A stretch of 32,000 bases of DNA from Dickeya solani IPO 2222 (GTDB lineage Bacteria > Pseudomonadota > Gammaproteobacteria > Enterobacterales > Enterobacteriaceae). Numbering within the stretch: position 1 is the stretch's first letter; every line of letters starts with the position of its first letter. A program made the translations under genes and the position numbers. Of this stretch, positions 8,322 through 16,280 are shown piece by piece. A model generated the notes under the pieces. It worked only from the letters and a program-made list of their open reading frames with translations, was not told the origin of the DNA and searched no databases. The stretch covers positions 3,630,001 to 3,662,000 of the forward strand of contig NZ_CP015137.1 in the NCBI RefSeq assembly GCF_001644705.1, read 5' to 3'.

Positions 8322-9386
8322 ATGTGTTCAGCACTTGTCGCTACACCGGCTGACATTGATCGTCGTCGCTCAGGATTGGCATTTGCCAGACGTGTCTATG
8401 TCCCTCGCATGATTGGTCTGGGGCTGGGTTTTTTTTATGTCACCGCCGTGCTGTATAACCTGACACAACCCGCGTGGGTGTGGGGGATATTGTTTTTCAA
8501 CGGTTTTCTCTGGCCGCATCTGGCGCTATTGCTGGCGCGCCGCGCTGGCGATCCGATGCGGTTCGAGTATGGCAACCTGCGGTTTGATGCCTGTATGGGC
8601 GGCGTCTGGATTGGCATGATGGGGCTGAATTCTCTGCCGTCGGTGTTGATCATGTCGATGATGGGCATGAACAATATCGCCGCCGGCGGTCTGCGGCTGT
8701 TTGTGCAAGGGCTGGCTATTCAACTGACCGGCGCGTTGGGTGTTATCTGGCTGGCTCACCGGCCGATTGCGTTTGCCACTACGCCCGAGCAGATCTATTT
8801 CTGTCTGCCGATGCTGTTTATCTATCCCATATCGGTGGGGTGGGTTACCTATCGCACCGCGATCAAGCTGGCGGAGCATAAGCGTCAGCTACGGGAAATC
8901 AGCATCCATGACGGTATGACCCGGCTGTATAACCGGCATCATTGGGAGCAGTTGCTGAAAAATGAGTTTGAGCAGTGTGTGAGTCGCCAGCAAGTGGCGA
9001 CGCTGGCGTTGCTGGATATCGATCATTTCAAGCGCATCAACGACAGCTTCGGGCATCACGTGGGGGATGATGTGATTCTGCTGCTGAGCGGCGGCATCAA
9101 ATCGACATTGCGACAGTCCGACATCACGGGCCGTTTTGGCGGCGACGAATTCGGCATGGTGTTGCCGCGGACGCCGACCGCTGAAGCAGAACGTATCGTC
9201 CAGCGGTTACGCGAGTATCTGGCAAGCATACAACTGCATCAGGCGCCGGCGCTGCGGGTGGGTATCAGCGTCGGGCTGGTGCAGTTTCATCCCGGCATGG
9301 CGGATTACCAGGTCTGGCTGAAAGCCGCGGACACCGCGCTGTATCGGGCCAAGGATAATGGCCGCGGCTGCACGGTCTGCGCCTGA
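8322..9386 (+). CDS. adrA: Diguanylate cyclase, MASE2 membrane domain plus GGDEF (AdrA/DgcC-like)
   Basis: The N-terminus RRSGLAFARRVYVPRMIGLG...WPHLA, the linker YRTAIKLAEHKRQL and the catalytic RFGGDEFGMVL match the AdrA (YaiC/DgcC) layout. Strong AAGGAGAG SD sequence at 8310-8317. Confidence 0.85.
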   Translation: MCSALVATPADIDRRRSGLAFARRVYVPRMIGLGLGFFYVTAVLYNLTQPAWVWGILFFNGFLWPHLALLLARRAGDPMRFEYGNLRFDACMGGVWIGMMGLNSLPSVLIMSMMGMNNIAAGGLRLFVQGLAIQLTGALGVIWLAHRPIAFATTPEQIYFCLPMLFIYPISVGWVTYRTAIKLAEHKRQLREISIHDGMTRLYNRHHWEQLLKNEFEQCVSRQQVATLALLDIDHFKRINDSFGHHVGDDVILLLSGGIKSTLRQSDITGRFGGDEFGMVLPRTPTAEAERIVQRLREYLASIQLHQAPALRVGISVGLVQFHPGMADYQVWLKAADTALYRAKDNGRGCTVCA

Positions 9387-9398
9387 ACGGTTCCGTCG

Positions 9399-9479
9399 CT
9401 AAGGCGCTATAACCATAAGTTAAAGCGCCATAACCTAAAGGGTCATAAACTAAAGGGTCATAACCTAAAGCGCCATAAA
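9399..9479. repeat. Tandem array of about 5 x 15 bp, seeded on the last codons and stop of the GntR gene
   Basis: Units: CTAAGGCGCTATAAC, then a 7-bp spacer, then TAAAGCGCCATAAC, CTAAAGGGTCATAAA, CTAAAGGGTCATAAC and CTAAAGCGCCATAAA. The last unit is the gene's own ...FMAL-stop on the minus strand. Confidence 0.85.
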
Positions 9480-10361
9480 TAGTGCCGGGTTGACTGCCTG
9501 GCGTCGCGCTTTTTCCAGATGCGTGCGCATGAAATCGGCGGCGCTCAGCCGATCGCCCTGCTCCAGATAGCGAATGATTTGCAGATGTTCTTCCGCCTGA
9601 TGTTTCCGCTGCGGGCGAAATCTCTCCTTGCGGTACTCCACCAGCCGCCGCAGTCGGGCCAGATGGCGGACGGTTTGCAGCAGAAAGCGATTGCCGGAGC
9701 AGACGGCCAGCGTGTCATGGAACCCGGAGCTGGTATCAAACATCTCCATTGCCGTCATGGTCAGGTAACCGTCTTCGGCCAGGTGTTCCTGCTGTTTCCG
9801 GCAATGTGCCAGCGCCTGCGGGTCAATGTGAAACGTCGCCGACAGCAACCCGGCCGGTTCGATAATGGCGCGCAGCGCGTAGCTTTCCTCATAGGCCTCT
9901 ACCGAATCGATCAGCGGCAGTGTGCGCCAGCCCTGGCCGGCCATGTGTTCCAGCCAGCCTTCCTGCTGACAGCGCAGCAAGACTTTGCGCAGCACCGGGC
10001 GGGTAACGCCGAATTCGAGCATCAGCTCCATTTCTGAAAATTGTTCCGGCAACTGGCGGGTGATGCGGCGTTCCGCCAACTGGCGATAGAGTGGGTCTTC
10101 CGCCTGCTCCAGCACTTCGGCGACCAGATTGCCCAATTGCGAAGCGTGTTGCGTCAGAAAAAAACCGCGATTGCGGTCGTAGGTCACCATGCCCTTATCC
10201 ATCAGGTACTGCATCGCCTGTTTTACCGGCGTGCGCGACGTGTTGAGCGCCTGCGCCAGCGACGACTCGACCAGATGATGGCCCACCGCGAGTTGCTCGC
10301 GCCTGACATAACTGATGACATCGCGCACGATGCGCGCCTGCAAAGGGGTGAGGGTCGCCAT
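9465..10361 (-). CDS. GntR-family regulator with two tandem wHTH modules and a C-terminal FCD domain
   Basis: First wHTH: HLVESSLAQALNTSRTPVKQAMQYLMDKGMV. Second wHTH: FSEMELMLEFGVTRPVLRKVLLRCQQEGWL. FCD-like helices: LRAIIEPAGL...FHDTLAVCSGNRFL. AAGGAA SD sequence before the ATG at 10361. Confidence 0.85.
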   Translation of the reverse strand: MATLTPLQARIVRDVISYVRREQLAVGHHLVESSLAQALNTSRTPVKQAMQYLMDKGMVTYDRNRGFFLTQHASQLGNLVAEVLEQAEDPLYRQLAERRITRQLPEQFSEMELMLEFGVTRPVLRKVLLRCQQEGWLEHMAGQGWRTLPLIDSVEAYEESYALRAIIEPAGLLSATFHIDPQALAHCRKQQEHLAEDGYLTMTAMEMFDTSSGFHDTLAVCSGNRFLLQTVRHLARLRRLVEYRKERFRPQRKHQAEEHLQIIRYLEQGDRLSAADFMRTHLEKARRQAVNPALFMAL

Positions 10362-10539
10362 GATTCCTTGCCAGCCAGAATAAATAACTGCTGATTATAC
10401 CTGTTACCGCCCGTGCAGACAGTGCTGCCGGCCAATTGTTCTTTATTTTACTAAAAGTCACTTTCGGTGTTAGTCAGCTTGATATTTTTAACGCATTAAA
10501 GGTCCGTTATTTTCACTGATTGTATTTTTTAATAATAAA

Positions 10540-11052
10540 ATGCAATATGGTGACATCCAGAACATCCAGCGGCATACGAAGAGACTGCCAGTGACGCCAT
10601 CAGCACACCCCTTACTGATTACCGGTCATCCTTTTGAATGGCTGACGATTCCCGGCCTGGGCCGGATAGCCTGTACTTTCATCCGCCATCAGCCCCCGCT
10701 GATACTGGTGTCGGCGGAAGTCCTGTCGCAATCCGGGTTGCTGGAGGAGGCGGTAAGCCTGCCTGTATGGGAAACGGTCCGTGTTTTTGGCGCGGCGGCG
10801 CTGTCGCGGTACATCGGGGAAAATGCGCGGCACAGTCAACTGGTGGTGATTGACCGCCTGTCAGGCGGATTACCCTGTGAGCTGGGGTTTGCCATACTCG
10901 ATCGGCAAGGATGGCAGCGCCACGTCGCCGCATCGACCGAACAGGTTATCAGGCAAGCGGTGCTGCAGCCCGACACGATCGCCTGCGATCATCTTCCCAC
11001 GGTCATGAACGCGGCGTTTTCATTGGTTCACCGCTATCAGCCCCACGGTTGA
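10540..11052 (+). CDS. Hypothetical protein (170 aa), no family recognised
   Basis: Only long ORF in this stretch with host-like codon usage (G/C third positions). Divergent from the GntR gene. No convincing SD sequence before the ATG, so the start and even the coding status are uncertain. Confidence 0.5.
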   Translation: MQYGDIQNIQRHTKRLPVTPSAHPLLITGHPFEWLTIPGLGRIACTFIRHQPPLILVSAEVLSQSGLLEEAVSLPVWETVRVFGAAALSRYIGENARHSQLVVIDRLSGGLPCELGFAILDRQGWQRHVAASTEQVIRQAVLQPDTIACDHLPTVMNAAFSLVHRYQPHG

Positions 11053-11060
11053 GCGGCCAG

Positions 11061-11107
11061 ACCGTCTGCGCCAGAACTCGTCTGCGTCAAAACTCGTCTG
11101 CGTCAAA
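11061..11107. repeat. Tandem array just after the stop of the 170-aa ORF (about 3 x 16 bp)
   Basis: Units: ACCGTCTGCGCCAGA / ACTCGTCTGCGTCAAA / ACTCGTCTGCGTCAAA. Begins 9 nt after TGA 11050-11052. Confidence 0.75.
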
Positions 11108-11280
11108 AAAACTGTTAGTAAAAATGGAATAATCATATCCATTTATCCACCTTTATCTCATGCCGCTATCCGGGCAGGATCTTGCACGACAGGCAATGAC
11201 CGCTTCGCCGTGTTAACGTCGTGGCAGGCCCGATCGTTTTCATCCCGAACACTTTTCATCCCGGAAAAACAGGAGAGCGT

Positions 11281-12042
11281 ATGCAGCAGCACAACCAACA
11301 AGGCACCACACAGGATGCCCGCGTGGCGATAGTCACCGGCGCGTCGCGGGGCATCGGCAGGGCGATTGCGCTGAAACTGGCGCAGCAGGGGTGGCGTGTG
11401 GTGGTGAACTATGCCCGGCAGCAGCAACAGGCGGACGAGGTGGTGAGCCGGATCCGCGAAGAGGGCGGGATCGCGCTGGCGGTTCAGGCGCAGGTGGACG
11501 AGCCTGAACAGGTAGCGGCGCTGTTTCAGCAGACGAAAGCGCAATTCGGGCGTATCGACGCCGTGATCAACAGCGCCGGGGTGATGGCGAATACGCCGAT
11601 TGCCGATGGCGATTTGGCGCAATTCGACGCGATGATCGCGACCAATCTGCGCGGTGCGTTCATTGTGCTGGGCGAAGCGGCCCGGCAGGTGGAAAACGGC
11701 GGGCGGATCATCGCGCTATCCACCAGCGTGATCGCCCGATCGCTGCCCGGTTATGGTCCCTATATCGCCTCCAAAGCCGGGGTGGAGGGGCTGGTGCGGG
11801 TGCTGGCGAACGAACTGCGCGGCCGTGAGGTCACGGTGAACGCTGTGGCGCCGGGACCGGTGGCGACCGAGCTGTTTTTTAATGGTAAGACCGACGCGCA
11901 GGTGGCTGCCATTACGGCCATGACGCCGCTGGAAAGGCTGGGTGAGCCGGACGATATCGCCAACGTGGTGGCGTTTCTGGTCGGGCCGGAAGGGGGGTGG
12001 GTTAATGGTCAGGTGGTCCGCAGCAATGGCGGGTTTGCGTAG
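11281..12042 (+). CDS. Short-chain dehydrogenase/reductase (FabG-like SDR)
   Basis: TGASRGIGRAIA cofactor motif, NSAG, and catalytic YIASKAGVEG (YxxxK). Start placed at the ATG after the AGGAGAG SD sequence (11271-11277), rather than the GTG at 11221 used by the track. Confidence 0.85.
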   Translation: MQQHNQQGTTQDARVAIVTGASRGIGRAIALKLAQQGWRVVVNYARQQQQADEVVSRIREEGGIALAVQAQVDEPEQVAALFQQTKAQFGRIDAVINSAGVMANTPIADGDLAQFDAMIATNLRGAFIVLGEAARQVENGGRIIALSTSVIARSLPGYGPYIASKAGVEGLVRVLANELRGREVTVNAVAPGPVATELFFNGKTDAQVAAITAMTPLERLGEPDDIANVVAFLVGPEGGWVNGQVVRSNGGFA

Positions 12043-12053
12043 TGGGTATGCGT

Positions 12054-12078
12054 ACCGGGGGCGGTCACTTCCCCCGGT
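12054..12078. terminator. Hairpin between the convergent SDR and virK-like genes
   Basis: Stem accggggg / cccccggt with a 9-nt loop. No strong U-tract. Confidence 0.5.
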
Positions 12079-12089
12079 GCTGGTGCGTG

Positions 12090-13040
12090 CTAGCTGGCGA
12101 TGCGATGCAGCGTGTCGGATGAGGCGCTGTGCCCCAGATTGTGCCTGATCTGGGTGTTGATGGCGTCGAGCAACTGATAACGGCGCTGGTACTGGGCCCG
12201 TTTTTTGCTCGGCAATTCATCCAGCGTTTTGCGTGTAATGGTCAGTGGAAGTTGGTACAACTTCTCCGCGTTTCTGTCTGCGTTGATTGACAGCCAGAAT
12301 TCGCTGTAACTGGAAAAACGCACCTTATTTTTACGGTAGCAGTAGCGCATGCTCTGATAAACATGGTTTTCATCGCCCACCGCCAGAATGCGATTGATCC
12401 CGGTAAGACCGGCGAGGGTCAGCAGGCATTCCAGCAACAGGCGTTTGGGAAACAGCCCGAAACAGGCTTTCGACGCGTCTTTGGTCAGCTCACGGGTCTG
12501 GTCGCTGCCTTTTCCCTGCAAACCGCCAATCATGATGGTGAGTTGATTCTGGTCGCGCAGCACCGAGAAGGTCAGCGACGCCAGCACTACATCGTTGAAA
12601 CGGATGCGCAGCGTGGCCTCGCCCTCTTTGTCGTAGCGCGAGGTGCTGCAAATCAGTGAGAAACTTTCGCCGTTCTTGCCGGAAAAACGCGCCAGACAAT
12701 AGTCATCCAGGCTGAGAAATGCCTGTTTCAGAAACGGGTTGGCCAGTTGATCCACGAAGGTGTAATGGGTACAGATGGCGTCAGCGCGTTCGGTAGCGTG
12801 TAGCGTGGCGGACAGATAAGGGCGGTGAATTTTGGTCGGCAGCATCGGCCGGATTTTCACCGCTTTCTGCATTGCGGGAATATCAATAATATTATTCAGA
12901 TAGCGTAAGGTAATTGACGGCATTAATAATGAGCGCAACAAAAATTTGGCTTTTATATCTGTCTTTCGCCAGATCTTCTCAGAGAAAAAATTACCCTTTA
13001 GCAGTTGAAAGAAAAGCGACAATGCAGATATTTTTTTCAT
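12090..13040 (-). CDS. virK: VirK/YbjX-family (DUF535) protein
   Basis: The N-terminus MKKISALSLFFQLLKG...WRKTDIKAKFLLRSLLMPSITLRYL is typical of YbjX/VirK. Start moved to the MKK codon at 13040, away from the upstream GTG/ATG extension. AT-rich upstream region. Confidence 0.75.
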   Translation of the reverse strand: MKKISALSLFFQLLKGNFFSEKIWRKTDIKAKFLLRSLLMPSITLRYLNNIIDIPAMQKAVKIRPMLPTKIHRPYLSATLHATERADAICTHYTFVDQLANPFLKQAFLSLDDYCLARFSGKNGESFSLICSTSRYDKEGEATLRIRFNDVVLASLTFSVLRDQNQLTIMIGGLQGKGSDQTRELTKDASKACFGLFPKRLLLECLLTLAGLTGINRILAVGDENHVYQSMRYCYRKNKVRFSSYSEFWLSINADRNAEKLYQLPLTITRKTLDELPSKKRAQYQRRYQLLDAINTQIRHNLGHSASSDTLHRIAS

Positions 13041-13423
13041 TTTAATTCCCCGTGAAATAGTGCTGTAAAAATAATCACAGGGGAGCGAATGCCGGTACTG
13101 ATGCATTCCCGTAAACGCATGCTCGGAAACCCTGCCACGCAGAAAGACAAGGTGTTTTTATCTCTGACCTCACGCCTTCTGTTACCGTGGAGTATAAAGA
13201 GGGAAAGGGAAATAAAAATCATAACCCCCGCGTTGTTGAGCATTGATTTAGTGAAAATAATAAATACCGGGTTATCGCAGGTCTGTTTGGGGTTGATTTA
13301 AACTTAATGGCCGGGAGGAGAGTATAATAAGAGATCGTACAGCAGAAATGCCTAAGCGCCTCAGGACGGTTGCCACAGGAAGATTTTTCGTCGTGGCAAC
13401 CGCTGGACTACGGCGATAGCAAA

Positions 13424-13451
13424 CAGGCCGGCAGGTGCGCCCGCCGGCCTG
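13424..13451 (-). terminator. Hairpin downstream of the BhsA-like gene
   Basis: Stem caggccggc / gccggcctg with a 10-nt loop. On the minus strand it is followed by TTTGCT, a weak U-tract. Confidence 0.45.
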
Positions 13452-13488
13452 GTCATTACTTAATCTGATTATTTTTTCCAGCTAACGT

Positions 13489-13749
13489 TTATTTATAAAC
13501 AATCGCGCTGGAGCGCACCAGATCGTCGTTATCCATAGAAATAATGACAAAATATTTTCCGCCCAGTTCATCTGCGGCTTGTGATAATTCGTGGGCCGCA
13601 TCCATTGGCGAGTCCGTATTATTTGACGTAATCATCCCAACTTTCTGATAACTATCCGCTTGCTCACGATTTATTTCCTGCGCGGCCAGCGTGCTGAAAG
13701 ACGCCAGTGCAATAGCACACGCCGCGATGCTTTTGATTATCATGTTCAT
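13489..13749 (-). CDS. YdgH/BhsA/McbA-family (DUF1471) small periplasmic stress/biofilm protein
   Basis: MNMIIKSIAACAIALASFSTLAA signal peptide, then ...YQKVGMITSNNTDSPMDAAHELSQAADELGGKYFVIISMDNDDLVRSSAIVYK, which is typical of DUF1471. GGAG SD sequence at 13758-13761 (minus strand). Confidence 0.8.
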   Translation of the reverse strand: MNMIIKSIAACAIALASFSTLAAQEINREQADSYQKVGMITSNNTDSPMDAAHELSQAADELGGKYFVIISMDNDDLVRSSAIVYK

Positions 13750-13766
13750 TATGCTAACTCCATCTT

Positions 13767-13893
13767 TATACCCGTCGTACTTCAAGTCGCAGGTGCGTTG
13801 GCTGCCCTCACTCACCCCAGTCACTTACTTATGTAAGCTCCTGGGGATTCACTCGGTTGCCGCCTTCCTGCAACTCGAATTATTTTGGGTATA
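13767..13893. repeat. ERIC (IRU) element, canonical 127 bp
   Basis: Termini TATACCCGTCGTACTTCAAGT... and ...CAACTCGAATTATTTTGGGTATA. Core CCCCAGTCACTTACTTATGTAAGCTCCTGGGGATTCAC matches the ERIC consensus. Confidence 0.9.
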
Positions 13894-14293
13894 GTTAAGG
13901 TGTTTATATTTATTTCAACAGAATTAAGTGCCGTGGAAAAAGAGTGATGACTGTTTCTCTGTTGAGTCTATTTATCATAGACGCCAGGTGAGGGTATTTT
14001 TGTCAATTGATGCCATTTTAATTTCAATGCTGTTAATGATGACGTGAAATAATACTTATGCGTCATGAGATGAAAATTCAATCGATTGATTTTCATTAAT
14101 AAGCTAAATGGCAAGTTCAACCGCTGACAGTATTGTTCCATCATAATAAAAACTGAATTTGAAAACCGTAGCCGATTTTTTTTACGCATCGATTCGATTT
14201 TTCTGTCGGCAGGTCAGCAACACAGGTTTGTCCCCGTGGAGTGTAATGGTTTAGTAATGCTGTTGTTACGAATGTGTCTTGTTTTCACTTTTA

Positions 14294-14312
14294 CGTAATG
14301 ATAATAATTATT
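14294..14312. promoter_or_regulatory. Fur box upstream of hmuS
   Basis: cgTAATGATAATaATTATt matches GATAATGATAATCATTATC at 15 of 19 positions. It lies 70 bp before the hmuS ATG. Confidence 0.7.
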
Positions 14313-14382
14313 ATTAACTTTTGGCTAATCCACACATCAATACCGTAGCCAGCGGACGGCGCTGTCGAGGGAGCTTTGGCAT

Positions 14383-15414
14383 ATGCATCATCACTACACA
14401 CACTATCTGCAACTGAAAGTTGAGCACCCGCGTAAGTACGCTCGGGATGTGGCCCGCATGATGGGGCTGAGCGAAGCGGAGCTGACATCGCTGCGCGTCG
14501 GGCACGACGCCCGCCGACTGTCCGGCGACACACGTGCGCTGCTGGCCGGGCTGGAATCCGTTGGCGAAACCAAATCCATCACCCGCAATGAATACGCGGT
14601 GCATGAGCAGGTCGGGGTTTACCGTAACCAGCGCATCGGCGAACACGTCGGTCTGGTGCTCAACCCGCGTGGGCTGGACCTGCGCCTGTTTCCCGAACAG
14701 TGGGGCAGTGCGTTTGCGCTGACCGAACAGACCGCACGCGGCGAGCGTCACAGCATTCAGTTTTTTGATCGCCACGGCGACGCGGTACTCAAGGTCTACG
14801 CCACCGACAACACGGAGCTGACCGCTTGGCAGGCGCTGATCGCGCGCTTCACGCTGGCGGATAACCCACCGCTGGCGCTGCAGCCTGCGCCGGTCGACAC
14901 GCCGGTGGCAACGCTGGACGCCGCTCTGCTTGAACAGGAGTGGCGGGCGATGACCGATGTACATCAGTTCTTCCCGCTGCTTAAACGGCACCAGATCACT
15001 CGCCCGCAGGCATTTCGCGCGGTGAGCGACGATCTGGCCTGTCAGGTGGACAACCAGGCGCTGGGGACGTTGCTGCGAGCCGCCCAGCAGGCAGGCAACG
15101 AGATCATGATTTTTGTCGGCAACCGCGGTTGCGTACAGATTTTCACCGGCGTGATCGAAAAGGTGACGCCGATGGAGAACTGGCTGAACGTGTTCAATCG
15201 TGACTTCACGCTGCACCTGGTGGAAGACGCCATTGCTGAAAGCTGGGTCACCCGTAAACCGACCAACGACGGCATAGTCACCAGCCTGGAACTGTTCGCC
15301 GCCGACGGTACGCCGATCGCCCAGTTGTTCGGCCAGCGCTCGGAAGGGGAACCGGAGCAAACGCGCTGGCGCGAGCAGGTGATGACGCTGGTGACGCCGG
15401 AGGTAGCGGCATGA
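14383..15414 (+). CDS. hmuS: Haem-degrading/haem-chaperone protein (HemS/ChuS/HmuS family)
   Basis: 343 aa with the N-terminus ...[27 protein letters not shown] typical of HemS/ChuS. First gene of an STUV operon downstream of a Fur box. Confidence 0.9.
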   Translation: MHHHYTHYLQLKVEHPRKYARDVARMMGLSEAELTSLRVGHDARRLSGDTRALLAGLESVGETKSITRNEYAVHEQVGVYRNQRIGEHVGLVLNPRGLDLRLFPEQWGSAFALTEQTARGERHSIQFFDRHGDAVLKVYATDNTELTAWQALIARFTLADNPPLALQPAPVDTPVATLDAALLEQEWRAMTDVHQFFPLLKRHQITRPQAFRAVSDDLACQVDNQALGTLLRAAQQAGNEIMIFVGNRGCVQIFTGVIEKVTPMENWLNVFNRDFTLHLVEDAIAESWVTRKPTNDGIVTSLELFAADGTPIAQLFGQRSEGEPEQTRWREQVMTLVTPEVAA

Positions 15415-16280
15415 GAGCGCTGTGTCTGATGTTGCTGTGGCTGCCGTTGTCGCTGCTGGCCGCCGATCGCGTGGTGACTGTTGATCGGATAGTGACTACT
15501 GATCGGATAGTGACCAATGATCGAATAGTCACCATTGGCGGCGATGTTACACAGATTGTATTTGCATTGCAGGCGGGCGATCGGGTGGTGGCGCGTGACA
15601 GCACCAGTTTGCATCCCGAGGCGGTAACCGCGTTGCCGAATGTTGGTTACATGCGTCAGCTTAACGCGGAGGGGATTCTGTCGATGCAGCCGACGCTGGT
15701 GCTGGCGAGCGCGCTGGCGCAGCCGTCCACGGTGCTGGGACAGGTGGCCAGCCGGGGCGTGCGCGTGGTGACGGTGCCGGAGCCGCAAACGGTCGAGGGC
15801 ATTAGCACGAAGATTCAGGCGATCGCCGGCGCGTTGGGTGTGACGCCGCGCGGCGAGGCGCTGGTGCAACAGGTGAAACAGCAACTGGCGGCGGTGCCGC
15901 CCCAGCCGTCGACGGCTCGCATGTTATTCATCCTCAGTCATGGCGGCATGAGCGCGATGGCGGCCGGGCAGGATACTGCGGCGGACGCGGCGTTTCGCGC
16001 CGCCGGGTTACAGAACGCGATGCAAGGATTCAACCGTTATCAGCCGTTGTCGCAGGAAGGCGTGGTGGCAAGCCAGCCGGACTGGGTGGTGATCACCACC
16101 GATGGCGCTAAATCTTTGGGCGGCGACGCGGCAGTCTGGCAACTGCCGGGGCTGGCGCTGACGCCGGCAGGAAAGCACAAACGGTTGCTGGTGGTGGACG
16201 ACATGGCGCTGCTGGGCTTCGGTCTGGATACGCCTGCGGCGCTGTTGCGCCTGCGTCAGGCGGTGGATGCGGCGAAGTGA
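15411..16280 (+). CDS. hmuT: Periplasmic haemin-binding protein of the ABC importer
   Basis: Signal peptide [18 protein letters not shown], then the conserved [17 protein letters not shown] strand and class III SBP features. ATGA start/stop overlap with hmuS. Confidence 0.9.
   Translation: MRALCLMLLWLPLSLLAADRVVTVDRIVTTDRIVTNDRIVTIGGDVTQIVFALQAGDRVVARDSTSLHPEAVTALPNVGYMRQLNAEGILSMQPTLVLASALAQPSTVLGQVASRGVRVVTVPEPQTVEGISTKIQAIAGALGVTPRGEALVQQVKQQLAAVPPQPSTARMLFILSHGGMSAMAAGQDTAADAAFRAAGLQNAMQGFNRYQPLSQEGVVASQPDWVVITTDGAKSLGGDAAVWQLPGLALTPAGKHKRLLVVDDMALLGFGLDTPAALLRLRQAVDAAK
15465..15536 (+). repeat. In-frame 4 x 18 bp tandem repeat at the start of mature HmuT
   Basis: Units: GATCGCGTGGTGACTGTT / GATCGGATAGTGACTACT / GATCGGATAGTGACCAAT / GATCGAATAGTCACCATT, which translate to [24 protein letters not shown]. 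Confidence 0.9.

Noticed and set aside
13284-13300. TGTTTGGGGTTGATTTA, considered as a PhoP box upstream of virK.
   Set aside because: The second half-site is poor (GATTTA against TGTTTA), and the orientation and distance to the virK start are unverified. The support is too weak.
13968-14189. A 73-aa minus-strand ORF in the AT-rich spacer.
   Set aside because: No SD sequence. The Lys/Leu/Phe/Asn-rich composition is what random AT-rich DNA yields, and no motif is present. It is left as part of the orphan-spacer finding rather than called as a gene.
14314-15360. A 348-aa minus-strand ORF antisense to hmuS.
   Set aside because: HmuS identity on the plus strand is clear. The antisense translation is Arg-rich low-information sequence with no SD sequence, so it is a GC-bias artefact.
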